Shown piece by piece: positions 36,580 through 45,835 of a DNA stretch of 64,000 bases. Source of the stretch: Nevskiaceae bacterium. Its GTDB lineage: Bacteria > Patescibacteriota > Microgenomatia > PFEM01. The stretch spans positions 463 to 64,462 of the forward strand of contig DATLBE010000007.1 in NCBI GenBank assembly GCA_035527075.1, read 5' to 3'. The stretch's first letter is position 1; the number at the start of each line of letters is the position of its first letter. The position numbers and the translations under genes are program-made. The notes under the pieces were generated by a model that was given only the letters and a program-made list of their open reading frames with translations, did no database searches and was not told the origin of the DNA.

Positions 36580-36630
36580 TTACCATTTTTCCAAAGCCAG
36601 CTCAATCAGGCGGTCGAGGAGTTGGGCTAT
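36580..36630 (-). pseudogene. ddl: 3' remnant of D-Ala-D-Ala ligase
   Basis: Intergenic minus-strand frame IAQLLDRLIELALEKW* resembles the Ddl C-terminal helix; directly upstream of murF. Confidence 0.6.
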
Positions 36631-36632
36631 AC

Positions 36633-37892
36633 TTATTCGACTCTCTTGATATCAGCGCCCAGACTTCTTAACCTGCCCTCGATATTTTCATAACCCCGTT
36701 CAATCATCTCAATATTGGCAATTTCACTTTTGCCTTGAGCACATAAGGCAGCCAACACCAAGGCCATGCCGGCGCGAATATCAGGACTTTCCAAATTTTT
36801 ACCTTTTAACTTTGTTGGCCCAGTAACCAAAACCCGATGAGGATCACATAAAGTAATTTTGGCACCCATGGTAATTAATTTATCCACAAAAAACATTCTT
36901 GATTCATACATCCAGTCATGGCAAAGGGTCGTTCCTTCTGCTTGAGTAGCCAAAACAATCAAAGGGCTCATTAAGTCAGTTGGAAACCCTGGCCAAGGCC
37001 GGGTTTGAACTTTCTTGGTTGGTGCCACTAATTTTGAGGGAAAAACTGTCAAAGCACCATCTTTTATTTTGTATTCCACACCCATTCTTTTAAAGTAAAG
37101 AAGAATCATTGGTAAGTCTTTTTCTTTTACGCCAACAATTGATAGCTTGCTTTTAGTGACAGCCCCAATAACAGCAAAAGTGCCAGCATCAATGTAGTCA
37201 GGACCAATTCTGTATTTTGTTCCACGTAAATTCTTTGACCCATAAATTGTAATCCTGTTGGTGCCGGCGCCTTCGATTCTGACGCCCATGTTGGTTAAAA
37301 ACTGAGCTAAATCCTCAACATGAGGTTCACAGGCGGCAGCTTCAATCACCGTTACCCCTGGAATCAAACTAGCCATCATCATTGCGTTTTCAGTGGCGGT
37401 CACCGAAATTTCATCAAGAAAAATATGACCCGGATGAAGTGTTTTAACTTCCGACTCATAATCTTCTTCCCCATTAATTGTTTTTGCCCCTAAAACCTCA
37501 AGAGCATCAAAATGAGTCCCAACCGCCCGGCGACCAATAATACATCCACCAGGGTGTCTAAGCCTAGCCTTACCAAACCGAGCCAACAACGGCCCTAACA
37601 ATAAAATTGAAGCCCTTAATTTTTGAACCAGCTCTGGATTTAAAGAAAATTTGTTTACTCCCTTCGTGTTAATTTTTAATTTATCCGTACCTAAGCCTTC
37701 AATCTCTGCTCCAATGTCTTTAAGAATTTCACCCATCACCAAGACGTCACTAATTTTAGGCACATTTTCCAAAAAACATTCCTGCTGAGTAAGCAAGGTG
37801 GCCGCCATGATAGGTAAAATGGCGTTCTTGTTACCAGAAATTTTAATTTCACCCTTAAGTGTTTTACCACCTTTAATAATAAATTTAGCCAT
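36633..37892 (-). CDS. murA: UDP-GlcNAc enolpyruvyl transferase
   Basis: SGNKNA, PGGCIIGRR, PGFPTD, DIRAG, RGYE. Confidence 0.98.
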   Translation of the reverse strand: MAKFIIKGGKTLKGEIKISGNKNAILPIMAATLLTQQECFLENVPKISDVLVMGEILKDIGAEIEGLGTDKLKINTKGVNKFSLNPELVQKLRASILLLGPLLARFGKARLRHPGGCIIGRRAVGTHFDALEVLGAKTINGEEDYESEVKTLHPGHIFLDEISVTATENAMMMASLIPGVTVIEAAACEPHVEDLAQFLTNMGVRIEGAGTNRITIYGSKNLRGTKYRIGPDYIDAGTFAVIGAVTKSKLSIVGVKEKDLPMILLYFKRMGVEYKIKDGALTVFPSKLVAPTKKVQTRPWPGFPTDLMSPLIVLATQAEGTTLCHDWMYESRMFFVDKLITMGAKITLCDPHRVLVTGPTKLKGKNLESPDIRAGMALVLAALCAQGKSEIANIEMIERGYENIEGRLRSLGADIKRVE

Positions 37893-37916
37893 AAAACCTC
37901 CTTTTTAGTTTATAAG

Positions 37917-38813
37917 TTAAATTTTATCAAATCCAAGCAAATAAATCTCCTTTTCAAGTCTAACGCCAAATTTTTTTTGAACCTTAGTTTTGGCCAGTTT
38001 AATTAATTGAAGAACATCTTTGGCCCGAGCTTGACCCAAATTGACAATAAAATTGGCGTGTTGGGGAGAAATTTGGGCATCACCGATTCGTCTTCCCTTC
38101 AAACCACAGCCTTCAATCAACTTGCCGGCTGATAATGGTTTGGGGTTAATAAAAATGCAACCAGCCGAAAGCTCTTTGGGTTGAATCTCCCGTTTTTTCA
38201 AAATTTTTTTGATTTTTTTTGAGATTTCTTTTCTCACTCCCTTTCCTAATTGCAACTCTACTTCTAAAATAATTTCACTAGTTTTTTTAAAACGGCTTTG
38301 GCGATATTTGAATTGGCAATTTTTCTGATTAAGCCATTTAATTTCACCTTTCTCTGTTAAAACGCGCACCTTCAAAACTCTATCGCCAATATTTTGTTGC
38401 CAGGCTCCGGCATTACCTCGGACGGCTCCGCCTAAAGTCCCGGGAATGCCTGCAACAAACTCTAAGCCAAACAAGCCTACTTTGGCCGTTTCTTCAACTA
38501 ATGTTTTTAGCTTCACCCCACCATCAGCAATGATATTTGAATTTCGAAGCTTGAATTCCGAAGTTTGAATTTTTATCACTAAACCTTTAAAGCCTTGGTC
38601 GCTAATCAAAAGATTTGAGCCTTCGCCTAAAATAAAATAAGGGATTTTTAACCTTCTGGCTAATTTTACGGCTTGAATTATCTTGTCAGTCGTGTTTGCT
38701 TCGTAAAACAAATCAGCCGGGCCGCCAATTTTGAAAGTGGTGTGACCAGCCAGCAAAACATCAGCTTTCACTCCCGGCAATTTCTTCGTTAACTCGGTAT
38801 ATTTTTTAATCAT
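37917..38813 (-). CDS. murB: UDP-MurNAc dehydrogenase
   Basis: TFKIGGPAD, GSNLL, GIPGTLGGA, HANFIVN. Confidence 0.97.
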   Translation of the reverse strand: MIKKYTELTKKLPGVKADVLLAGHTTFKIGGPADLFYEANTTDKIIQAVKLARRLKIPYFILGEGSNLLISDQGFKGLVIKIQTSEFKLRNSNIIADGGVKLKTLVEETAKVGLFGLEFVAGIPGTLGGAVRGNAGAWQQNIGDRVLKVRVLTEKGEIKWLNQKNCQFKYRQSRFKKTSEIILEVELQLGKGVRKEISKKIKKILKKREIQPKELSAGCIFINPKPLSAGKLIEGCGLKGRRIGDAQISPQHANFIVNLGQARAKDVLQLIKLAKTKVQKKFGVRLEKEIYLLGFDKI

Positions 38814-40212
38814 TTTTTAACTTTTCTATTATCATCTTTGAGATCAAATAGGATTTACCAGCGCCAAAAACTATCACCACATCGCCGCTTTCAGCCTGGC
38901 GAGCAAGACCGTCCGCCAGATCCTCAAAATCTTTGATGTATTTGGCTTTGGCGCCAATCTTTTGAACCAAATCTTCGACTCTAATTTTGCCTGTGTCTTT
39001 TTCTCTGCCAGCATAAATTTTGGTGACAATGACTCTATCTGCCAAATTTAAAGAAGAAGCAAAACCATTTAAAAAAAGATGAAGCCGAGAAAACTGATGG
39101 GGCTCAAAAACCGCCCAAATTCTTGACTGGGGATATTTTTGTTTAGCTGCTTTTAAAGTGGCTGCAACGGCTGTTGGGTGAACAGCATAATCATCAAAAA
39201 CTTTCACTCCCTTAGCCTCTCCAATTAAATCAAAACGTCTGCCCAAACCACCAAATTGACTTAAAACCCGGTTGATTTTTTCTGGTTTAATTTTCAAAAA
39301 AATCGCGCAAGCAATGACGCCCAGCGCATTAGCAACATTATGAATACCAGGAATCTTTAATTGAAACTCCTTTCGGCCAAAATCATTCGTCACCGTAAAT
39401 CGGGTGAACTCAGGCTTGATTTCCTTGACTGTGGCTTGATATTCAGTCACAAAAGGAAAAGCAAAGCTTTTGTTTATTAAGTAACCGATTATTTTTACTT
39501 GATTTTTTATCAACCATGGTTTTAATTCTTGTAAAAGTGTCTGAATTCCTTGACTTTCTTCATTAACAATCAATATTTTCGGCTTTTGAACTTTTCGGAC
39601 AAATTTTTTGAAGGCGTCACAAAATTGGCCAAAATCTTTGAAAAATTCAGGATGGTCCATCTCAATATTGTTAATAATGATGATTGAAGGTGAGTAGGAT
39701 AAAAAGTTGTAGTTAAACTCATCAGCTTCACAAACAAAATATTTTGATTTGCCTGCTCTGACCGTTGCTTGCCATTCGGGAACAATGGCACCGACTTCAA
39801 CAATCGGATCTAACCCGCTTGCTTCTAAAACCAAGCCTGTCAGAGCTGTAGTGGTTGATTTGCCGTGAGTGCCGGCAATAGCAATCACAAACTTGTTTTT
39901 TTGTAAGTACTTAGCCATAAACTCTTGCCAGGTCATCAAAATACCTCGTTTTTTGGCTTCGACAATTTCTGGATGGTCAGGATTAACATCCAAAACAGCA
40001 GGAGTGACAGCTAAAATATCAACGCCTTTAAGATGACTGACGTCATGACCAACTAAAGATTTAATGCCGGCTTTGGCAAGTGACTTCAGATAATAAGTGT
40101 CTTTAGCCAAATCACAACCTGTGACTTGAAAGCCTTGATTTTTGGCCAAAATCGCTACTCCCGCTATTCCACTACCACCTATACCCATAAAATGAACGTG
40201 AGTTTTCTTCAT
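38806..40212 (-). CDS. murC: UDP-MurNAc-L-Ala ligase
   Basis: HFMGIGGSG, AGTHGKSTT, EADE, DDYAVHP. Confidence 0.96.
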   Translation of the reverse strand: MKKTHVHFMGIGGSGIAGVAILAKNQGFQVTGCDLAKDTYYLKSLAKAGIKSLVGHDVSHLKGVDILAVTPAVLDVNPDHPEIVEAKKRGILMTWQEFMAKYLQKNKFVIAIAGTHGKSTTTALTGLVLEASGLDPIVEVGAIVPEWQATVRAGKSKYFVCEADEFNYNFLSYSPSIIIINNIEMDHPEFFKDFGQFCDAFKKFVRKVQKPKILIVNEESQGIQTLLQELKPWLIKNQVKIIGYLINKSFAFPFVTEYQATVKEIKPEFTRFTVTNDFGRKEFQLKIPGIHNVANALGVIACAIFLKIKPEKINRVLSQFGGLGRRFDLIGEAKGVKVFDDYAVHPTAVAATLKAAKQKYPQSRIWAVFEPHQFSRLHLFLNGFASSLNLADRVIVTKIYAGREKDTGKIRVEDLVQKIGAKAKYIKDFEDLADGLARQAESGDVVIVFGAGKSYLISKMIIEKLKND

Positions 40213-41435
40213 TTTTTCTTTTTTAATTTTTCTTTTAAAGCTTTTCTGGCTTCTTTGTGGTCACTCCAAGGATATTCAGTTGTCCCAAAACACATCGATT
40301 GCTCGTGGCCCTTGCCGCAAATGACAACAATGTCGCTTTTTTTGGCTAATTTTTGAATAGCAAACTTGATCGCTTCACTTCGATCTGGTATCCGAAAGAA
40401 ATTTTTACCCTCAACACCACCGGCTTTTTGACAACCTCGAGCTATCTGGTTAATGATTTTATCAACGTCTTCTGTTCTTGGATCTTCTGCTGTTAAAACA
40501 CTCACATCAGCTAACCGACTCGCAATTTTACCCATTATTGGTCGTTTCCGAGCATCTCTTAAACCGGCACAACCAAAAACAGCAATTAGTCTGTGATGTT
40601 TTGACTCTCTGAGGGTTTTTAAGACATTTTTTAAACCATTTGAGGTGTGGGCAAAATCCACAATCACTTGAAAATCTTGGCCTTCGTCTATTTTTTCCAT
40701 TCTGCCTTTGACTCCCTTAAAAGCAGTTATTGTCCTTCTAATTTTTTCGGCCGGAATTTCCAATGATGAGGTGGCGGCGATCGCCGCTAAACAATTATAT
40801 TGGTTGTATTCTCCTGGAAGAGAGGTTTTAAATTGAAATTTTTTAGGGTTAAAATCAGCTGTGTTTTTAATTCCGTAGGTGACGAGTTGCGTTTGTTTAT
40901 TTTTTTTGGTTTTGGTTAAAAGAGTTTGGTAAGATCGGTCGTCTCGGTTCAAAACAGCGATTTTTACATTTTCAAAAAGCCTGGCTTTCGCCTGAAGATA
41001 ATTTTGATAAGTGCCATGATAATCAAGATGCTCATGGGTAACATTGGTAATCACTCCCATCAAAAAATTGATGCCAAAAACCCGGTGCTGGTCTAAACCA
41101 TGGGAAGTCACTTCCAAAACAAGATATTCATAATCTTGGTCAGCGATTTTTTTTAAAAAGGCTTGTAATTTCCAAGGATGAGGAGAGGTAACATGGAGGC
41201 CGGCCGAAACTGTCGAGATCAAAGCCACTTTTTTTTCAACCTGAAGCAAAATTTGGTAAATCAAGGTGGCGGTCGTAGTTTTACCGTCAGTTCCAGTGAC
41301 GCCGATAATTTTTAAATGGCGTCCGGGGTAACGATAAGTAAAGGCGGCTAAAAAAGCCACCGGCAGGTGGAAGAAAGAATTGACCATCCAGTTAGGAATC
41401 AAATGACGGATTTTCGACCACCAGTTTTTAAACAT
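40209..41435 (-). CDS. murE: UDP-MurNAc-dipeptide ligase (MurE)
   Basis: GVTGTDGKTTT, EVTSHGLDQ, VDFAHT, EDPR, GKGHE. Confidence 0.95.
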   Translation of the reverse strand: MFKNWWSKIRHLIPNWMVNSFFHLPVAFLAAFTYRYPGRHLKIIGVTGTDGKTTTATLIYQILLQVEKKVALISTVSAGLHVTSPHPWKLQAFLKKIADQDYEYLVLEVTSHGLDQHRVFGINFLMGVITNVTHEHLDYHGTYQNYLQAKARLFENVKIAVLNRDDRSYQTLLTKTKKNKQTQLVTYGIKNTADFNPKKFQFKTSLPGEYNQYNCLAAIAATSSLEIPAEKIRRTITAFKGVKGRMEKIDEGQDFQVIVDFAHTSNGLKNVLKTLRESKHHRLIAVFGCAGLRDARKRPIMGKIASRLADVSVLTAEDPRTEDVDKIINQIARGCQKAGGVEGKNFFRIPDRSEAIKFAIQKLAKKSDIVVICGKGHEQSMCFGTTEYPWSDHKEARKALKEKLKKKK

Positions 41436-41471
41436 CGCTCTAATTATACTTCGCCGTTAGCGTCAAAACCA

Positions 41472-43178
41472 CTATCCAGGTTGGATACCGTAATAGGTGA
41501 AAAGTTCTTTGGCAATGTCAAACCACAAGGGCGCGGCTGTTTCTGATCCCCACGGTGAGGAAGTTGGTTCCCGAAGAGTAACCAGCATGATAAATTTCGG
41601 TTCGTCAGCTGGCGCAAAACCAATAAAAGAAGCAATGGTTTTTTCTTCATCATAATGGCCAGCCACCGGAATTTGAGCTGTCCCGGTTTTGCCTGCAATT
41701 CGAAAGCCTTTGGGTTTTGCCCATTTGGCCTCACCATTCTCAACCGCATTAACCATGATTTCTGTCATTAAGCGCGCCGTCGCCGGATTAATGACTTGCC
41801 TCTCAAACTGAGGTTGAACCCCTATCACTTCTTGATCATAAACCACTTTTTGAACCACATAAGGTTTCATTAAACGGCCTTGGTTAGCAATTGCCCCAAC
41901 CGCTTTCACCATTTGAATCGGGGTGATTGCAACTCCTTGACCAAAAGCGGCTGTGGCTAAATCAATTAATCCCCACTCATTTGCTGGTCGAAGCGGTGGA
42001 GATGTCTCGTCTTCAAGATCAATACCAGCTGGTTGACCTAAACCAAATTTTTTAAGGTAGGCGACCATTTTTTCAATTCCCAACTTTTCAGCCACAAAAA
42101 TCATGCCGATATTATCAGATTTTTGAATCACCTCAACCATTGTTAATTGTGGATGATACTCGTCATTCCAAGTTCGAATAGTGTAGTCAGCAATTCGCCT
42201 GGGACCTGAGCATTGGTCACAGCGCGTCTCTGGTTCCACCACTCCTTCATTTAAAGCCGCCGCCATCACTAAAACTTTAAAAGTCGAGCCGGGCTCATAA
42301 GAAGAAGCCACAACCGGGTTGGGATAAAATTCTTTGTCAAAAGCAAAATACCTGGCTGGGTCATAACCAGGTAAAGAAACGGTGCCTAAAATTGCGCCCG
42401 TGCCCGGTTCGGCCACAACCACTAGACCACTAGCCGCACCATAGCGTTTAAGACTCCGACGAAGCTCTTCCTCAATAATAAATTGAACAGTTCGATCAAT
42501 CGTGGTCACCAAACTGCGACCGTCTTTACCCCCTTCCCCTTTAACCTCGCCCACCAAAATTGGTTTCCCTGAAGCGTCTTTTTCCCGGCGAAGCACACCT
42601 GATCTGCCTTTCAATTCAAGTTCATAGTAACCCTCAAGACCAAAATAGCCCTTGTCTCGACCGTTAATATCCGAACCTACAAAACCAAGTAAATGGGCGG
42701 CCCCCGACCCTTCGGGGTAACTTCTTTTTGGTTCTTCCTCAAAACCGAGACCTTCAATTTGCAAATTTTCCAAAATTTTTTTCGTTTCCCGAGAAAGACG
42801 ATGTTTAAGGGGCACCCAAACCAAATCTTGACGTTTTAACCGGGCTTCAAGCATTTGCTCGGTTTCCAAAAGAAGCTCCTTTTTCGAAACCAAAAAAGGA
42901 GCAATTTGGGCGGCAATTTCCTCAGGCTTGTCTTTTAAATCAGGCAAGGAGGCAAAAGCCAAAAAAGCTTCTTCGTTGGTCACCAAAGGAAAACCATCGC
43001 GAGCCAAAATTTTGCCTCTTCGGGCCGGAATTTCAAACGAAACCCAATGCTGACCTTCAGCGGCAGCTGATAACTCAGGAGAATTTAAAATTTGCCAATA
43101 AAACAATCGGCCAGCCACCAAAAAGCCACTGATTAGAAAAAAACCAAACAAAAGATTGACTCTCGTGTTTAGACTCAC
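41472..43178 (-). CDS. ftsI: Class B penicillin-binding protein (FtsI-like)
   Basis: EPGSTFK (SxxK), SDN, KTGTAQ; dcw position. Confidence 0.9.
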   Translation of the reverse strand: MSLNTRVNLLFGFFLISGFLVAGRLFYWQILNSPELSAAAEGQHWVSFEIPARRGKILARDGFPLVTNEEAFLAFASLPDLKDKPEEIAAQIAPFLVSKKELLLETEQMLEARLKRQDLVWVPLKHRLSRETKKILENLQIEGLGFEEEPKRSYPEGSGAAHLLGFVGSDINGRDKGYFGLEGYYELELKGRSGVLRREKDASGKPILVGEVKGEGGKDGRSLVTTIDRTVQFIIEEELRRSLKRYGAASGLVVVAEPGTGAILGTVSLPGYDPARYFAFDKEFYPNPVVASSYEPGSTFKVLVMAAALNEGVVEPETRCDQCSGPRRIADYTIRTWNDEYHPQLTMVEVIQKSDNIGMIFVAEKLGIEKMVAYLKKFGLGQPAGIDLEDETSPPLRPANEWGLIDLATAAFGQGVAITPIQMVKAVGAIANQGRLMKPYVVQKVVYDQEVIGVQPQFERQVINPATARLMTEIMVNAVENGEAKWAKPKGFRIAGKTGTAQIPVAGHYDEEKTIASFIGFAPADEPKFIMLVTLREPTSSPWGSETAAPLWFDIAKELFTYYGIQPG

Positions 43179-43183
43179 GGTGA

Positions 43184-43492
43184 TTATTTTAGAGCCACGG
43201 GAACCTGTGGAGTAAGATGTAAAACTCGAGTTGTTCTTAAAAAGCCTCCATTTTCCGCTTCCAAAGAAATTTTACTCAAAGAAGAAAGTTTACTTGTTTG
43301 TTCAATTAAAGCTCGATTTTCCTCTTCCAAACGGGCTGTTTCTTGCTCTAACTGACGAATCTCCTCACCAGTGTTAGCTAATTGATGAGAAATTGCCAGT
43401 TGAGTTAAGGCTAAAACCAAAACAAAACTGACAATAATATAAATCAATTTTCGCACCCTAGAAATGTCTGATAATTTTGTTTTATTTTTCAT
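43184..43492 (-). CDS. FtsL-like protein
   Basis: TM plus coiled coil, between rsmH and the PBP. Confidence 0.65.
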   Translation of the reverse strand: MKNKTKLSDISRVRKLIYIIVSFVLVLALTQLAISHQLANTGEEIRQLEQETARLEEENRALIEQTSKLSSLSKISLEAENGGFLRTTRVLHLTPQVPVALK

Positions 43493-44372
43493 CAATTTTC
43501 TCTCCTGCTCTTAACTTAGCACTGCGGCTGCGAGGATTTTTCCCAACTTCTTCTTGTGTTGGCCTGACCGGTTTTTTGGTCAAAATTCGCAGCTCGCCGG
43601 CCTCGTCTTTTTTTCGAAAAAATTGTTTGACAATTCTGTCCTCGCCTGAATGAAAACTAATCACTACCAATCTGCCGCCCAACTTTAACAAGTCTAAAGC
43701 CTGAGGCAAAGCATTTTTTAAATTGTTCAGCTCATCATTAACCGCTATCCGCAAAGCCTGAAAGCAACGCGTGGCCGGATGCAGACGGATAAACCCTCTT
43801 TTTGATCTCACCTTAGCAATAATCTCGGCCAGCTCGTTGCTGGCTTTAATTGGCTTTAATCGACGGGCGCGGCAAATAGCCTCAGCAATGCGCCGAGAAT
43901 AGTGCTCCTGACCCAATTTAGAAAAAAGCTCATCCAACTCTCCTTTATTTAAACCATTCACCAAATCTGCCGCGGTCACCGAAAGGCTAGGATCCATTCT
44001 CATGTCCAAAGGGCCTTCAAGTTTAAAAGAAAACCCTCGTTTGGGAGTCTCCAGCTGATAAGTAGAAACCCCAAGGTCAAAAAGAATCCCAGCGACGCCG
44101 GTATATTTGTTTTTCTCGGCAATTTTTTTTAAATGAACAAAATTTCCCTGGACAAGCCGCCAGGAAGTAGGGCAGGCAGTGGGTAAACACCTCCCGGCGG
44201 CCTTGATTGCCTCAGGGTCACAATCGATACCTAAAATTTTTCCACCTAAGCTTAAAATCTGCTGCGCGTGTCCTCCGCCACCAATGGTGGCGTCAATGTA
44301 TTTCTCCCCTCGAATAACTTTCAAATAATTAATAATTTCTTTTAAAAGTACTGGCTTATGAAACCTTGCCAT
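43482..44372 (-). CDS. rsmH: 16S rRNA m4C1402 methyltransferase
   Basis: HKPVLL, DLGVS, PLDMRM, FHSGEDR, NPRSRSAKLR. Confidence 0.98.
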   Translation of the reverse strand: MARFHKPVLLKEIINYLKVIRGEKYIDATIGGGGHAQQILSLGGKILGIDCDPEAIKAAGRCLPTACPTSWRLVQGNFVHLKKIAEKNKYTGVAGILFDLGVSTYQLETPKRGFSFKLEGPLDMRMDPSLSVTAADLVNGLNKGELDELFSKLGQEHYSRRIAEAICRARRLKPIKASNELAEIIAKVRSKRGFIRLHPATRCFQALRIAVNDELNNLKNALPQALDLLKLGGRLVVISFHSGEDRIVKQFFRKKDEAGELRILTKKPVRPTQEEVGKNPRSRSAKLRAGEKIDEK

Positions 44373-44503
44373 TAGCCTTGACTCCTGTCCTTACCCCCTT
44401 TTTTTCTTTTCCGTTTTTATTTGTTTCCTCCACCAACCGTTCGAGCCTTTGCCTCATCAGTTTGCCATTGAGTCGGATCACTTTAACTACCTCCTTTTAA
44501 AAA

Positions 44504-44905
44504 TTAAATATTTTCTTTGGCAATTTTATTAGAGTAAGTCTCCCAAACTGTCTTATTCCAAATCTCGAAATGATCGCCCGCGCCAATCAGGGTCAATTTA
44601 TCCGTAACACCAGCATATTTCATCATTGCCTCAGGAACTACAAATCTTCCTTGTGAGTCTAAAGTCACTCTTTCGGCATTTGTACAAAGTTTTCTGCGAA
44701 GCATTCGTCCTTGCCCATCGGAAATTGGTCGGGAAAGATCAGCGGCGGTAACCTGCTCCCATTTTTCTTCTTCGAAACCAAAAATACAATCTTCCATTCC
44801 AACAGATAAAATAAGTTGATTGCCTTTTATTTCTCTTCTCAATTTGCTGGGTAAGGCTAGCCTGTTTTTGTCAATTAGGGTTGGTTGGTAAGTTCCCAAA
44901 AGCAT
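44504..44905 (-). CDS. mraZ: Transcriptional regulator MraZ
   Basis: IDKNRLALP, LDSQGRFVVP, GDHFEIW. Confidence 0.95.
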   Translation of the reverse strand: MLLGTYQPTLIDKNRLALPSKLRREIKGNQLILSVGMEDCIFGFEEEKWEQVTAADLSRPISDGQGRMLRRKLCTNAERVTLDSQGRFVVPEAMMKYAGVTDKLTLIGAGDHFEIWNKTVWETYSNKIAKENI

Positions 44906-44920
44906 CAAAATTCTCCTTTT

Positions 44921-44960
44921 TATACCATTTTATTCCATTTTCACCCATTTTGAACCAATT
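44921..44960 (-). promoter_or_regulatory. Putative MraZ operator: four repeats with 10-bp period
   Basis: tataccattt tattccattt tcacccattt tgaaccaatt (TGG core on minus strand) immediately upstream of mraZ. Confidence 0.7.
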
Positions 44961-45025
44961 TGATATTGCTTGTCAAGAGGCAAAAAAAGATAAACAAAAC
45001 TACAAAATTAGCTTAGAAAAAGAAA

Positions 45026-45835
45026 TTATTCAGTAGGAGTTTTTGTGGTGGCTATTGCCATAAAAGCGGCTAATTGGCCGACTGAGGCGGAAAGAGTTTT
45101 GCCGTCAGTTTTAAAGTCTTCTTCTTCAACTTGCCACGCTCTCCCATCCCAAGAATAAAGGGCAACATCGGGATTTTCTTCGATTAGAGCCAAATTAACA
45201 ATTCCACTTTTAATCGTTTTGCTGCCCGCGGTGAAAACACCGTAAATCTCACTGACCGGTTGGCCCTCAATCTCTCTAGGCAAGCCAACAGTGGGCATCG
45301 TTAAATAAAAAGTGGTCGGAGAAATTGTGCCTTCAAGTTGAAAATTATTATCAATTGACGTTAAAATTTTATCTCCTTGCTGAAGATGAAAATCAGCAAT
45401 AAATTTTCTCACCCCATCTGAGCCGCGGAAACGCAAAGTTAAAGTACCTTCAGTGACATCCTCATCATATTTACAAACGTCGCGGGAGCAAGTGCCTAAA
45501 AGCAGTTTTCTTTCAACTGCCGCCTCACCATCAAGATCGATCGAGCCAATCACGCCTCGAGAAAGACCGGCAGAAAGATAAACTAATTCATACTCAATCG
45601 TTTGGGCATTTTTAACTCTTGAAATCTCTAAAGTTAATTCTCGGCCATCAGTTCTGGGAGTGAGAGTCACAAAAGGTCGTTCTTCTAAAGTTGTTTTAAT
45701 CAGAACTCCTTCTGATTCAGGCGTGACTGGTTCTTCTTCAGCTGGCTTTTTGCTTTTGAAAATAAAAAAACCACCAACACCTAAAATGGTTAAGACAACC
45801 AAAATAATCAAAAAAGTGGTTAAGTTTTTTTTCAT
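45026..45835 (-). CDS. Hypothetical exported protein
   Basis: N-terminal TM, LLGTCSRDVCKYD motif. Confidence 0.75.
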   Translation of the reverse strand: MKKNLTTFLIILVVLTILGVGGFFIFKSKKPAEEEPVTPESEGVLIKTTLEERPFVTLTPRTDGRELTLEISRVKNAQTIEYELVYLSAGLSRGVIGSIDLDGEAAVERKLLLGTCSRDVCKYDEDVTEGTLTLRFRGSDGVRKFIADFHLQQGDKILTSIDNNFQLEGTISPTTFYLTMPTVGLPREIEGQPVSEIYGVFTAGSKTIKSGIVNLALIEENPDVALYSWDGRAWQVEEEDFKTDGKTLSASVGQLAAFMAIATTKTPTE

